Source of the DNA: an uncultured Smithella sp. | GTDB lineage: Bacteria; Desulfobacterota; Syntrophia; Syntrophales; Smithellaceae | Direction of reading: 5' to 3' | Length of the DNA: 64,000 nucleotides | Assembly: GCA_964632255.1 (NCBI GenBank) | Contig: CAZWCA010000004.1 | Coordinates: forward strand, 489-64,488 | Part shown: positions 45,362 to 56,459 of the stretch, piece by piece | How the letters are laid out: every line of letters begins with the position of its first letter | Numbering within the stretch: the stretch's first letter is position 1 | The notes under the pieces: generated by a model | Told to the model about the DNA's origin: nothing | Databases searched by the model: none | Seen by the model: only the letters and a program-made list of their open reading frames with translations | Position numbers and translations under genes: made by a program

Positions 45362-46174
45362 ATGGATGAACGGCCTCAACCAATAATAATAAAGAAAAAA
45401 AAGAAACTTCAAAGCGGTGCCCATGGCGGATCATGGAAAGTTGCTTATGCCGACTTTGTAACGGCAATGATGGCTTTTTTTCTTATGCTTTGGCTTTTAA
45501 GCATGGTTTCCGAGGAAAAAAAAGCTGCTCTTTCCGAGTATTTTAATAAGTACAGTCTTTTTCAGGAAAGTGGTAGATCAGCAATAACCACTAAAAATGC
45601 AAAAGTGACTGATCCGAACTTTGTTACACCAATAAAAATGGAAGCTTCTTCCATGGCTTTACAGGGAAATAAATCAGGTGAAACCTTTCGTAGATTGAAA
45701 CAAAAAATAGAAATAAAAGACGAAGAATCAGTTAGAAAAATAAGAGCATCAATTGACAAAAAAATGGCCGGCTTTCGTGATCAAATTTTGGTTGATGTAG
45801 TTGAAGGAGGTATCAGAATTCAAATTATCGATACGGAAGGAAGTGAAATGTTTTCTTTGGGATCGGCACAGCCGACGCCAAAGGCAAAGGCAATATTGAA
45901 GCTTTTATCGGACAATATGAAAGAAATGCCCGGACGCATTATTGTCGAAGGTCACACCGATTCCGCGCCGTTTCAAAAAGGCAGGTCAACAAACTGGGAA
46001 CTCTCCACATCCCGGGCTTCATCGGCACGTAAATTACTGGAAGAAAACGGGATCGATTCGACAAGGATTGCCAGAGTTGTAGGTTATGCAGATACTGAAC
46101 TTTTGATCCCCCTTGATGCCCGGGATCCGCGCAACAGAAGGATCAGTCTTATTGTTCTGAATGCTAAAAATTAA
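45362..46174 (+). CDS. motB: Stator protein MotB
   Basis: GGSWKVAYADFVTAMMAFFLMLWLL carries the conserved Asp in the plug/TM region. The C-terminal OmpA-like domain reads EGHTDSAPF...NWELSTSRASSARKLL...NRRISL. Confidence 0.93.
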   Translation: MDERPQPIIIKKKKKLQSGAHGGSWKVAYADFVTAMMAFFLMLWLLSMVSEEKKAALSEYFNKYSLFQESGRSAITTKNAKVTDPNFVTPIKMEASSMALQGNKSGETFRRLKQKIEIKDEESVRKIRASIDKKMAGFRDQILVDVVEGGIRIQIIDTEGSEMFSLGSAQPTPKAKAILKLLSDNMKEMPGRIIVEGHTDSAPFQKGRSTNWELSTSRASSARKLLEENGIDSTRIARVVGYADTELLIPLDARDPRNRRISLIVLNAKN

Positions 46175-46258
46175 TAAAAATTGTTTTTTTAAATTTTAAC
46201 AATTGCCTTTTATGGATTGGCCTTGAAAGAGGCCGCACAGGCCAGGCGAATAAATCAT

Positions 46259-46284
46259 AAAAAAAGGCGTACTCAGCGTACGCC
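46259..46284 (-). terminator. Rho-independent terminator after cheX
   Basis: Minus strand GGCGTAC-gctga-GTACGCC followed by TTTTTTT, 38 nt after the stop at 46322. Confidence 0.7.
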
Positions 46285-46321
46285 GTTGTGATGAAGGAAA
46301 AGCGCAACATAATATCCGGTA

Positions 46322-46783
46322 TTATTCTGCAAGACAGATATCCACAACAAAAACGCCTTCATTAATTTCAAAAGGAATAATTAAACTGGGGCCGCCCATA
46401 ACGTGAGCTATGGAATGATTCTTACCGGAAACAACAGTGGGAATAGCTGCTTGAATGTTAAATCCTTCCGCCTCCAAATTTTTCCGGGCCACACCGGAAA
46501 TCATGTTTGTAATCTCACCTACGGCATCTTTAATATCACCGTTAATTGATTTTATATCTTCTCCCAGCATATTGGATACTATCTTTAATATAGCACCCTC
46601 GCTGAAACTCAAGGCTAGAGATCCGGCGGCGGATCCCGTCAAACCGATAATGCCGGAAATGTCACCTTTAGCCAGACTGTCCATCTTCAGATAGGGTTTT
46701 CCAGCCCGAGGTTCTACGAAAGCCATTGTCTTTAAAACGCTTACAGTACCTTCAAGAAACGGATTAATAAATTTTACGTTCAT
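46322..46783 (-). CDS. cheX: CheX-type CheY-P phosphatase
   Basis: FINPFLEGTVSVLKTM...DISGIIGLTGSAAGSLALSF...DAVGEITNMISG. Confidence 0.82.
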   Translation of the reverse strand: MNVKFINPFLEGTVSVLKTMAFVEPRAGKPYLKMDSLAKGDISGIIGLTGSAAGSLALSFSEGAILKIVSNMLGEDIKSINGDIKDAVGEITNMISGVARKNLEAEGFNIQAAIPTVVSGKNHSIAHVMGGPSLIIPFEINEGVFVVDICLAE

Positions 46784-46817
46784 AAATTGCCTTTCTCATA
46801 TAAACACCGGACTTTTC

Positions 46818-47207
46818 TTATTTCTGTAAACCATCTATGATCTTCTTAATTTTCTCATTTAGCACTTCCGCCGTAAACGGCTTAACAATATAATTGTTTA
46901 CTCCGGCTTTTACAGCAGCAACTACATTGTCCTGCAGCGCTTCCGCGGTTACCATGAGAAAGGGCGTTTTCGCCAATTCAGCATCAGCCCGAACCGCCTT
47001 AAGCAATTCCAAACCTGACATATTCGGCATATTCCAATCGGAAACAACAAAATCAATCTTTTGCGATTTTAGAGCTTTTAGAGCCATAACACCATCTTCA
47101 GCTTCCACAATATCGTCATATCCGCTTTGCTTTAACAAGTTGCGGACGACCTTTCTCATTGTCGCAAAATCATCAACGACCAGGATTTTGAGATTTTTAT
47201 CACTCAT
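46818..47207 (-). CDS. cheY: Chemotaxis response regulator CheY
   Basis: KILVVDDFATMRK, phospho-acceptor VVSDWNMPNMSG, TAEA, NNYIVKPF. Confidence 0.93.
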   Translation of the reverse strand: MSDKNLKILVVDDFATMRKVVRNLLKQSGYDDIVEAEDGVMALKALKSQKIDFVVSDWNMPNMSGLELLKAVRADAELAKTPFLMVTAEALQDNVVAAVKAGVNNYIVKPFTAEVLNEKIKKIIDGLQK

Positions 47208-47245
47208 AATTCAACCTCGCTTTTATCTTTTCACGATAAAATTTA

Positions 47246-49450
47246 TTAACAACGTCCTTCACTTAATTCAAACAATCCTTCAATATCAATAATTAAACCG
47301 ATTCGTCCGTCACCCAAAATCGCACCGCCGGCAACACCTTTAATGCTCTTTAAACCTTCACCAAGGCTCTTGACGACCACTTCCGCTTTACCGACAATTT
47401 CATCAACAAGCAGGCATTTGGAACCGCTTTCGCTATCAACCACCACGACAATACCGTCCCACGGTTCTCTATGTTTTGGTTCGATATCAAAAATTTCATA
47501 AAGCCTGAGCAGAGGCATTAAACGGCCCATCGCATTGATCATTTCTCCCTTGCCGACTACGTTGGTGTAAGCATCAAGCGAAGGCCGCAGAGCCTGGCGT
47601 ATTGATATTGTCGGTAAAATGTAACTTTCAGCACCCACTTTCACGATCATGCCGTCAATGATGGCCAGTGTCAGCGGAAATCTCGTAATAAAAGTCGTTC
47701 CAATACCTAGGGAACTTTCAATTTCGATCTTGCCCCGTAATTTTTCTACAGCCTGCCGGACAACATCCATTCCAACACCACGACCGGATACATCGGTTAC
47801 CTTTTCCGCCGTAGATAAACCCGGCAGAAAAATAAACTTATATATTTCCTGATCGCTAAGGCCTTCATCGCTTTGAATCATTCCGTTTTTCAAAGCTTTT
47901 TGTAATATTTTGTTTTTATCAAGGCCTCTTCCGTCATCCGTTATTTCAATGACAATATTCCCTCCCCGGTGGTAAGCTTTCAGTTGAATCAAGCCTTTTT
48001 CAGTTTTGCCCAGCTTTATCCTTTCCTCAGGAGTTTCCAGGCCATGATCAACTGAATTACGGATCATATGGACAAGGGGATTATATATTTCATCAACCAT
48101 ATTTCTGTCTATTTCCGTATCTTCGCCGATCAGTTCCACAAAAACGGATTTACCGGTGTTTTTTGCCAGATCCCGAACAAGCCGGGACATGCGCTGAAAA
48201 GTCTGTTTGATCGGTATCATCCGGAGTGTTGTGGAAACCTGTTGCAGAGTCGATGTAATCCGGAAAAATTGTGAAATATCCCTTATGAGCTGTTTGTCGG
48301 CATTTACCTGATTATTCAAATCCTGCTGAATCATCGACTGGGTAATGACCAGTTCCCCCACCATATCAATCAAATCATCAAGCTTTGTTGTATCCACACG
48401 TATCGTGGTCATATCAGAGACTTGATCAGCCTGTTTCCGTAAAGCCTGTGAAAGCTGTTTAGGTTTTACTACTCCCTCCTCAATCAAAGCCCGGCCTATT
48501 TTTCTTTCCGGTGTAGCTTCATTTGCTCTTAAAGTCTTTTCCAGTTCTTCTTTGGAAATGACGCCATCATCGATCAGAATTTCACCGATTTTTTTGGGAC
48601 CCGATTCATTTTCAAATCCCTGCTCGATTTTCTTGATTCTTGCCTTTAGAGAAGGAACATCAACCACACTTTCGTCAAATTTCTTACCTTCCAGGATTTC
48701 CCGAAGCCCGCCGATTAATGTTTTTAGAACGTCAGCTCCGTCCAAAACCACATCAATGAGCATGGGTGTAACCGAGATTTCATCATTCCTGGCTTTATCC
48801 AGAAGGTTCTCCAGGCTGTGTGCCAAATCACGGATTTTTTCTAAATTAAGAAAACTGGCCACCCCTTTAATAGAATGAAACGGCCTGAATATTGTGTTAA
48901 TGTAATCCTTGTTTCCCGGTTCGTTTTCTAAATTTAAAATATTGACTTCAATTTCTTCAATATATTCCAATCCTTCTGCAATAAAATCTTTCAGCAGAGA
49001 TTCATCCTGGATTTGAAAGGACTCTTCCTTTTCCGCCAAAGTACTGCTCCCAGTATTTTCTGTGGATGGTGAAGAGTTTTCACTTGCAATAGTAATACCG
49101 GGAACTACAGCAGCTAATTTTCCCATAAATTCTTGAATATCACCGTCAAATTTGCCTGTATTTTTAAAATTGTCGGTAATTTGCTGCATTAAACGGATTC
49201 CCTCTTCCAGTAAATCAGCAGCCTTACTTTTATCAGGAATCGCATCAAGAATGACTTTTTCCAAAACCTGACTCAGACCCGTAGCGCAACTGTTTAACTG
49301 AGGTATTTTGATTTTCTCTGATTCATTACCGATGTTTTCCAGATGATTCAGCAGTTTTCCCGCTGTAGGAATATCAATATCTTTACAATCCAGGAAAAGA
49401 TATTCTTGAGCCAATGCATCCAGCAAGCTGATCATTTCATCATAGTCCAT
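47246..49450 (-). CDS. cheA: Chemotaxis histidine kinase CheA with atypical N-terminal extension and MshEN-like insert
   Basis: Hpt FRPFHSIKGVASFL (His ~192), dimerisation IRVDTTKLDDLIDMVGELV, HATPase (NSVDHGLE, DDGRGLD, GRGVGMDVV), and a C-terminal CheW-like domain. Confidence 0.93.
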   Translation of the reverse strand: MDYDEMISLLDALAQEYLFLDCKDIDIPTAGKLLNHLENIGNESEKIKIPQLNSCATGLSQVLEKVILDAIPDKSKAADLLEEGIRLMQQITDNFKNTGKFDGDIQEFMGKLAAVVPGITIASENSSPSTENTGSSTLAEKEESFQIQDESLLKDFIAEGLEYIEEIEVNILNLENEPGNKDYINTIFRPFHSIKGVASFLNLEKIRDLAHSLENLLDKARNDEISVTPMLIDVVLDGADVLKTLIGGLREILEGKKFDESVVDVPSLKARIKKIEQGFENESGPKKIGEILIDDGVISKEELEKTLRANEATPERKIGRALIEEGVVKPKQLSQALRKQADQVSDMTTIRVDTTKLDDLIDMVGELVITQSMIQQDLNNQVNADKQLIRDISQFFRITSTLQQVSTTLRMIPIKQTFQRMSRLVRDLAKNTGKSVFVELIGEDTEIDRNMVDEIYNPLVHMIRNSVDHGLETPEERIKLGKTEKGLIQLKAYHRGGNIVIEITDDGRGLDKNKILQKALKNGMIQSDEGLSDQEIYKFIFLPGLSTAEKVTDVSGRGVGMDVVRQAVEKLRGKIEIESSLGIGTTFITRFPLTLAIIDGMIVKVGAESYILPTISIRQALRPSLDAYTNVVGKGEMINAMGRLMPLLRLYEIFDIEPKHREPWDGIVVVVDSESGSKCLLVDEIVGKAEVVVKSLGEGLKSIKGVAGGAILGDGRIGLIIDIEGLFELSEGRC

Positions 49451-49452
49451 AC

Positions 49453-50520
<1,068 letters not shown>

Positions 50521-50641
50521 TTAAAAAAATCTTTTAAAGCAGCAGCGATTAGTGACTCTTGCATTTTCCGGGCCTTGCTTTTAAATTAATTTATAGAAAC
50601 TGCAAATGCCGGCCAAAATATTTGCGGCGATTGTCAGTTAA

Positions 50642-51094
50642 TTAAAAAAAATTCATCTTTACTCCCAGCAAGCCTTCACCTGATTCAAAACATAAATTCC
50701 ACATAGTCCCGCCTTTCGCTGCCTCCTGCGCTGCAAAGTCTAAGGTTTCATTTTTAAAAGCTGGAATTGAAAGATCAAATACTTTTGATGAATCATATTT
50801 TTGTAAAAAATTACCGGCGATCATGTTTGCAGACTCTTTTGCACAATCTTCGATCAGCCTGGTAGTTATGCTGTCTTCATCAATACTAAGCATATTTTGC
50901 ACCATAGCGGAGGCCAGATCGGCGGAAAGTAGAACATCGATAGTTCCTTTTACCGGACCGGTAAAGTTAATTGATGCAATCATGTCGCATTTGATATCTT
51001 CATCTACAGGCTCCAGAAAGACGAAGAACATTTTCTCAAATACCTCAAAAATCGCATTCGTCAGCAGCTCTTGTATCTTCTCCGTATTCTCCAT
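50642..51094 (-). CDS. Second CheX/CheC-like protein
   Basis: AIFEVFEKMFFVF...INFTGPVKGTIDVLL...AKESANMIAGNF. AGGAG RBS 9 nt before ATG 51094. It overlaps the upstream REC gene by 50 nt. Confidence 0.6.
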   Translation of the reverse strand: MENTEKIQELLTNAIFEVFEKMFFVFLEPVDEDIKCDMIASINFTGPVKGTIDVLLSADLASAMVQNMLSIDEDSITTRLIEDCAKESANMIAGNFLQKYDSSKVFDLSIPAFKNETLDFAAQEAAKGGTMWNLCFESGEGLLGVKMNFF

Positions 51095-51476
51095 TTTCGG
51101 AAACTCCTATAACTTGATGAAGGATTTTTTTTATATCTTCCGGCAAGAAAGGTTTTTTTATGAAGCCTTTTGCCCCCCGGTTGAAGGCTTCCTGCTTTCG
51201 CTCCGCACTTCCTTCAGTTGTAATCATGATTACCGGAATGTCTTTAAAAGTCTCATCCTTTTTTATTTGGTCAAGAAGTTCCAGACCATTTACTTCCGGC
51301 ATATTTATATCGGAAATTATTACATCAACCCAATTTTGAGAAAGAATTTCCAAGGCTTCCCTGCCATTTCCGGCCTCCAGGCATTGATTCATCCGGAATC
51401 CGGAAATAGTTACAATTTTTTTGATAACGGCCCTCATAGCATTGGAATCATCAACGATTAATACATTGAACGACAT
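51045..51476 (-). CDS. Single-domain CheY-like response regulator
   Basis: VLIVDDSNAMR, IISDINMPEVNG, MITTEG, FIKKPF. The C-terminal 20 aa is acidic and overlaps the next gene. Confidence 0.85.
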   Translation of the reverse strand: MSFNVLIVDDSNAMRAVIKKIVTISGFRMNQCLEAGNGREALEILSQNWVDVIISDINMPEVNGLELLDQIKKDETFKDIPVIMITTEGSAERKQEAFNRGAKGFIKKPFLPEDIKKILHQVIGVSENGEYGEDTRAADECDF

Positions 51477-51515
51477 AACGTTACCTTCCCTTTTTTATGT
51501 TCGATTATGTTATTG

Positions 51516-52367
51516 TCATATGATACTGATGAGTTCCCTGGCACGGTTCAAATCTTCAGTCAATAAAACCATGCTCATTTCCAAATCTTTCATCCTCAAA
51601 TTTAATTTCTTCAAAACCTGGCCTACGGCGCGGTACGACAGACCGTCAATTCCGCCGCCGACACCCAGCATTAAGCACGCCTGGTCGGCAATATAGACAA
51701 TCCAAGGCATCATCTTTTCTTCTTTTTCCAATAGATCCGGTCGATGATGATAAGATATGGCATCTACGATCTCCGCCGGAAATTTCCAGTATGAAGCAAT
51801 TTTTCCCCCTAAATCAGCATGGTTAATTCCTATGACAATCTCTTCCGCTTCTAAAAAAGATACTTTTTGGGTTGATACCAAAGCAGAGATTTTAACCAGC
51901 GCATCACGGACGAATTCACCCATGATTATTTTTCCTACATCATGAAGAAGAGCTGCTGTATAGAGAGTATTATCTTCCTCGCCGGTTATTTTTTTGGATA
52001 AAATCTGTGACATGAGCGCTACGGCCACGGAATGTTCCCATAAATCGGTCACTTTGTCGAAATAACCCGTAGCACCCTTTTTATAATATTTGGAAACACC
52101 CGCAATCTGAATCGCTCTTAATAAGTTTTTCTGCCCAAGATAGACCACGGCGTCGTTAATGTTACTGATTTTGTGCCGGGGCCCGAAATAGGCGGAATTG
52201 GCCATTTTTAAAATGTTTGCAGTAATGGAAGGATCAAATTTAATAACGTTGGCTACTTCATTGATCGAATAATCCGGATTTGTCAGCAGTTGCGCCACCT
52301 TGTTTCCGGTTGCCGGAAAAGCGGGGATTGTATTGATTGATTTTAATATACGATCTAGCGGCTTCAT
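51516..52367 (-). CDS. HDOD-domain signalling protein
   Basis: LPAFPATGNKVAQLL...VANVIKFDPSITANILKMANSAYFG...AVVYLG, and a degenerate HD region ALLHDVGKII. Confidence 0.8.
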   Translation of the reverse strand: MKPLDRILKSINTIPAFPATGNKVAQLLTNPDYSINEVANVIKFDPSITANILKMANSAYFGPRHKISNINDAVVYLGQKNLLRAIQIAGVSKYYKKGATGYFDKVTDLWEHSVAVALMSQILSKKITGEEDNTLYTAALLHDVGKIIMGEFVRDALVKISALVSTQKVSFLEAEEIVIGINHADLGGKIASYWKFPAEIVDAISYHHRPDLLEKEEKMMPWIVYIADQACLMLGVGGGIDGLSYRAVGQVLKKLNLRMKDLEMSMVLLTEDLNRARELISII

Positions 52368-52846
52368 AATTCTTTCATTTCACCTCCGGAACCACGAACA
52401 AATACTCTCCCAGTGGACATTTCCAGACGAATGGTCCGATTAAAATTCAATCCCGTGTCTTCCTTGTCGATCATGACATTGTTTTTCCAAAATATTTTCC
52501 GCATGGCCATAATATTCTTCTGTCCGATACGGAAAAAATTGGTGTCATCCAATATGCTGGCTCCTCCTGCAGCCTTGACAACCATTCTTCTTTTTTCAGC
52601 GCCTAACTTGTAACAGGACTTAAACAGGAGAGGAATTCCCGTATCGGCAAACATAGCCGGATTCTCTCTGGCCTTATTTTGATCAAGAGCAGATTCCGGC
52701 AACATGTAATGTAGAAGGCCGCCGACTTTAGCAATTGGATCAAAAACAACTATTCCGATACAGGAACCTAATGCATAGGTTATAATAACATCTTCCGCTT
52801 TACTACTCACCTTAATATCTGATATTCCTACAATCAAATCACTCAT
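52364..52846 (-). CDS. cheD: Chemoreceptor glutamine deamidase CheD
   Basis: ITYALGSCIGIVVFDPIAKVGGLLHYMLP with the catalytic Cys and His context. Confidence 0.9.
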   Translation of the reverse strand: MSDLIVGISDIKVSSKAEDVIITYALGSCIGIVVFDPIAKVGGLLHYMLPESALDQNKARENPAMFADTGIPLLFKSCYKLGAEKRRMVVKAAGGASILDDTNFFRIGQKNIMAMRKIFWKNNVMIDKEDTGLNFNRTIRLEMSTGRVFVRGSGGEMKEL

Positions 52847-52850
52847 ATAA

Positions 52851-53681
52851 TCACTTCTGATAAACGCTTGGTTCGATATATTTAAAAGGATGTTTGAGGC
52901 CGGTTAAGCTTTCCGAGTGCCCCACAAAAAAATAGCCGTCTTTTTTTAAACTTTCATAATATTTGTTAACCAGTTGGGTCTGGGTATATTTATCAAAGTA
53001 AATCATCACGTTACGGCAAAAAATTATATCAAAATTAGCTTCGAATGGAAATTTTTCCATCAGATTAAACCGTTGAAAGACAATTAAATCTCTTAAATTT
53101 TTTTTAACCTTATAGTATCCTTCAGAACGGCCCGTTCCTATCTGGAAATATTTCGCAAGGAGAGAAGAGTTGATTTTTTTAACTCTCTCTGCGGGATAAA
53201 TTGCCGAATGAGCTATTTTTAATACTTTTGTGGAAATATCCGTAGCAAGAATTCGAATGTCTAAAGGCCTTGACTGGGCTGCTTCTTTTATCGTTATGGC
53301 GATAGTGTACGGCTCCTCTCCTGTGGAACAGCCGGCAGACCAAATATTAAATTTGGGAATAGAACCGTGGGAATCAGCTTTTTCAAGCAGTGAAGATACT
53401 ATTACCTGCAACCTGGCAAAATGACTTTCTTCACGATAAAAAGACGTTAAATTGGTAGAAATGGAATCGATCATGGCGATCAATTCGTCTTTACCTTCTT
53501 CGGTCGTCACGTAATGACAATAGTCGGTGAAAGATTTATAGTTGCCTTCGCGCAATCTTTTGCCTAAACGGGCTTTAACTAATTCCTTCTTACCTTCATG
53601 CAGATTTATCCCGCACAATTCATAAACAAGCCTGCTGATCTTTCCAAAATCGCTATCTTTAAGTTCGGATATCATTGTCAA
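52851..53681 (-). CDS. cheR: Chemotaxis methyltransferase CheR
   Basis: TNLTSFYREESHF, SAM-binding IWSAGCSTGEEPYTIA, and IFCRNVMIYF. Confidence 0.94.
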   Translation of the reverse strand: MTMISELKDSDFGKISRLVYELCGINLHEGKKELVKARLGKRLREGNYKSFTDYCHYVTTEEGKDELIAMIDSISTNLTSFYREESHFARLQVIVSSLLEKADSHGSIPKFNIWSAGCSTGEEPYTIAITIKEAAQSRPLDIRILATDISTKVLKIAHSAIYPAERVKKINSSLLAKYFQIGTGRSEGYYKVKKNLRDLIVFQRFNLMEKFPFEANFDIIFCRNVMIYFDKYTQTQLVNKYYESLKKDGYFFVGHSESLTGLKHPFKYIEPSVYQK

Positions 53682-54047
53682 CCGTTAATCAATCATAAGA
53701 TTAAATTATAGAAATTTTTGATCAGCTCTATACCTATCTTTATAAAAAAAATAAAGATTTTTCGTAAAAGTAATACCAAGAATTCAATATTATTTTTCAA
53801 TATTTGGAAATCGACAAAAACCATAAATTACTTAAATAAATATTCTTTCCTTGAGATCTTAGACGAACCAGACAAGAAGAACGTCAAAAAACCTTCGTTT
53901 TTTTTAGATTTAAGTAAAACAGTGTTATTTTTCTGACATTAATAGGGTTTTACTATTGTATTTTGACCACTTTTATCCTAAAATGCCGCCCGGCTTTGGA
54001 TTAAGGCGGCAGTTCTTCAACAATATTCATAATCAAATGGACATGAA

Positions 54048-55439
54048 ATGAGACACGGTAAAATTCTGATTGCGGAAGATGATGAGCTCAATAGAGATAA
54101 CCTTGCACAATTACTGAGAGAAAATGGACATGAAGTTAATACAGTCTGTGATGGAAGGGAAGGAATCGAATCCTTTCTGGAAAATAAATTTGACTTAGTA
54201 ATTACAGACCTGCGCATGCCGAACGTTGACGGTCTGGAATTCCTTAAATATATTAAAGAAATTAATCGAGATAACATCGTCATCATGATCACGGGCTACG
54301 GCACAATAAATTCAGCAGTAGAATCGATGAAAATCGGTGCGTTTGATTTTATTACCAAGCCTATTAAAGATGACCTGGTTATCCTTGCCGTAAATCGAGC
54401 CATGTCATTCGCCAACCTGCGCGATGAAAATATTTCTCTAAAAGAACATCTCAAAGAGAGACAAAATTTTGATAAAATAATCGGTTATAGTGATTGTATG
54501 CGAAAAATTTTCCATACAATAGATAAAGTTTCCACATCAGACAGTACAATTCTTATTGAAGGTGAAAGCGGAACGGGCAAAGAATTGGTGGCGAGGGCTA
54601 TTCATTTTAAAAGCGACCGAAGCACCCAGCCCATGATTTCCGTAAACTGCGGCGCCATACCTGAAGATTTGCTGGAAAGTGAACTGTTCGGTCATGAAAA
54701 AGGTGCTTTTACGGGAGCAATTCGCAGTAGAATGGGACGGTTTGAACTTGCCCAGGGCGGAACAATATTTCTCGACGAAATAGGCGATATGAGTCCGGCG
54801 CTGCAAGTTAAACTTCTCAGAGTAATTCAGGAAAAACAGTTCGAACGGATCGGCGGAGTAAAAACAATCAATGCCGATGTCCGCATAATAACTGCGACCA
54901 ATCAAAATCTGGAAAAAGCTGTTGAAGAAAAACGATTTCGTGAGGATCTTTATTACCGCATTAATGTTATCCCGATTCATTTGCCGGCACTGCGTGAACG
55001 CGGTTCGGACATCCTGATTCTGGCAAATCATTTTTTGTCGTATTTTAATAAATTGAAAAAAAAGAATGTAAAAGGCATTGCGGCGGATGCCATTAATTTT
55101 TTCAAACAATATCCATGGCCCGGCAATGTTCGTGAATTGCAGAATTTAATCGAGATGCTTGTGGTTATGAAAGAAGAGGGTGAAATTTGTGCGGAAGACT
55201 TGCCGCCGAAATTCCGCAATATTCAAAAACCGGCCGATAACGGCTCCGGTATTGATTTAACGGAAGAAGGTATCAATTTTAACGATTGCGTAAATCAGTT
55301 GGAAAAAGATCTCCTGATGAAAGCTTTGAAAATGAGCGGCGGAGTGAAAAACAGGGCGGCCAAACTCCTTGATTTGAACCGTACAACTCTTGTAGAAAAA
55401 TTAAAGAGACTTAATATCGCCGGCAGTTGGGTTGACTAA
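54048..55439 (+). CDS. Second sigma-54-dependent response regulator (NtrC family)
   Basis: REC domain ([13 protein letters not shown]), AAA+ domain ([21 protein letters not shown]), and a C-terminal HTH ([18 protein letters not shown]). Confidence 0.9.
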   Translation: MRHGKILIAEDDELNRDNLAQLLRENGHEVNTVCDGREGIESFLENKFDLVITDLRMPNVDGLEFLKYIKEINRDNIVIMITGYGTINSAVESMKIGAFDFITKPIKDDLVILAVNRAMSFANLRDENISLKEHLKERQNFDKIIGYSDCMRKIFHTIDKVSTSDSTILIEGESGTGKELVARAIHFKSDRSTQPMISVNCGAIPEDLLESELFGHEKGAFTGAIRSRMGRFELAQGGTIFLDEIGDMSPALQVKLLRVIQEKQFERIGGVKTINADVRIITATNQNLEKAVEEKRFREDLYYRINVIPIHLPALRERGSDILILANHFLSYFNKLKKKNVKGIAADAINFFKQYPWPGNVRELQNLIEMLVVMKEEGEICAEDLPPKFRNIQKPADNGSGIDLTEEGINFNDCVNQLEKDLLMKALKMSGGVKNRAAKLLDLNRTTLVEKLKRLNIAGSWVD

Positions 55440-55508
55440 GCAGTTACGAGCAAACATTTAAATCACTTGAGTTTAAAACCTTATTATTTTTTAAGTCTTT
55501 GTTCATAA

Positions 55509-56459
55509 TTAAGCATAATTGTTTTGCAGCTCATCAAAAGTTTTATTTACTATGTCAATATAATTATCCCGATGATGAGTTTTATATATTTTCTTTTGAA
55601 TTTTTACACCGTTTTCAAAAAAGCCGCCGAGATAGGTCCAGATTTCTTTCATTTTATTGGTGATGTGCGAGGGACCGGATAAAATTTTTGAATATTCAGC
55701 AAACAGCCGGTCATGAAAGGCTCTGACAATTCTTATTTTTTCATCATAAGATTTTGTTACATCGAACTTAATTTCTTCAGCAAGAAACGGGTTGGCAAGC
55801 AAACCCCTGCCGATCATCCACCGGTCAATCGATCCGAACCGTTCAGAGAGAATCTTCAGTTTGTCAACTGAATTTATATCCCCGTTATAGACAATGTCAT
55901 GCAGTGACAGGTTAAGACATTTCTCGAACATATCCAGGTCAACCTCTCCTGTGTACATTTGTTCACCGGTTCGGGGATGGATGATCAGTTTTTCAAGCGG
56001 GAACCGGTTAAAGATCGGAAGTAAATCCAATATTTCATCACGATATTTCAAGCCGATCCTCAGCTTTACTGATAAGCGCAATTTTATGGCAGGTATCGTC
56101 TTCTCGAGAAATGATTCAATCTTTGCCGGATAACAAAGCATACCCGCTCCCCTTCCCTTTTTCACAACTATCCGGAAGGGACAACCGATATTCCAGTTTA
56201 CCGTTTCATACCCCATATCGTAGAGGATATTGGCGAGTTTTATAAAATCATCCGGATCGGAACTCATTATTTGCGGAACCGTGGGAATACCCGTGTACCC
56301 GTCAGGATTCAATTCGCGAAGGAGATTATTTTCCGGGGACATATTCTTTGTTGGAGTAATAAATGGCGCCACCGCCAAATCAACTCCCTTAAAGTAGATA
56401 GGAAAGAGAGTACGATAAATCCTGTCGGTCGTTCCCTGGATTGGTGCAAGGTAAATCAT
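55509..56459 (-). CDS. tRNA-dihydrouridine synthase (Dus) family protein
   Basis: Contains LAPIQGTTDRIYR and TVNWNIGCP (candidate catalytic Cys), with an overall TIM-barrel-type layout. Assignment is from motif memory only. Confidence 0.65.
   Translation of the reverse strand: MIYLAPIQGTTDRIYRTLFPIYFKGVDLAVAPFITPTKNMSPENNLLRELNPDGYTGIPTVPQIMSSDPDDFIKLANILYDMGYETVNWNIGCPFRIVVKKGRGAGMLCYPAKIESFLEKTIPAIKLRLSVKLRIGLKYRDEILDLLPIFNRFPLEKLIIHPRTGEQMYTGEVDLDMFEKCLNLSLHDIVYNGDINSVDKLKILSERFGSIDRWMIGRGLLANPFLAEEIKFDVTKSYDEKIRIVRAFHDRLFAEYSKILSGPSHITNKMKEIWTYLGGFFENGVKIQKKIYKTHHRDNYIDIVNKTFDELQNNYA

Noticed and set aside
50559-50640. Two sigma-54-like strings upstream of cheB: AGGCCC-N5-ATGCA at about 50559-50575 and TGGCCG-gcat-TTGCA at about 50604-50618.
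   Set aside because: The second has GG-to-GC spacing one nt short. The first has a weak -24 and -12. Neither is strong enough to call, and cheB may simply be read through from the upstream genes.
53758-53773. TGGTAT-N5-TTACG on the minus strand upstream of cheR as a sigma-54 promoter.
   Set aside because: The nearly invariant GC of the -12 element is missing (TTAC instead of TTGC).
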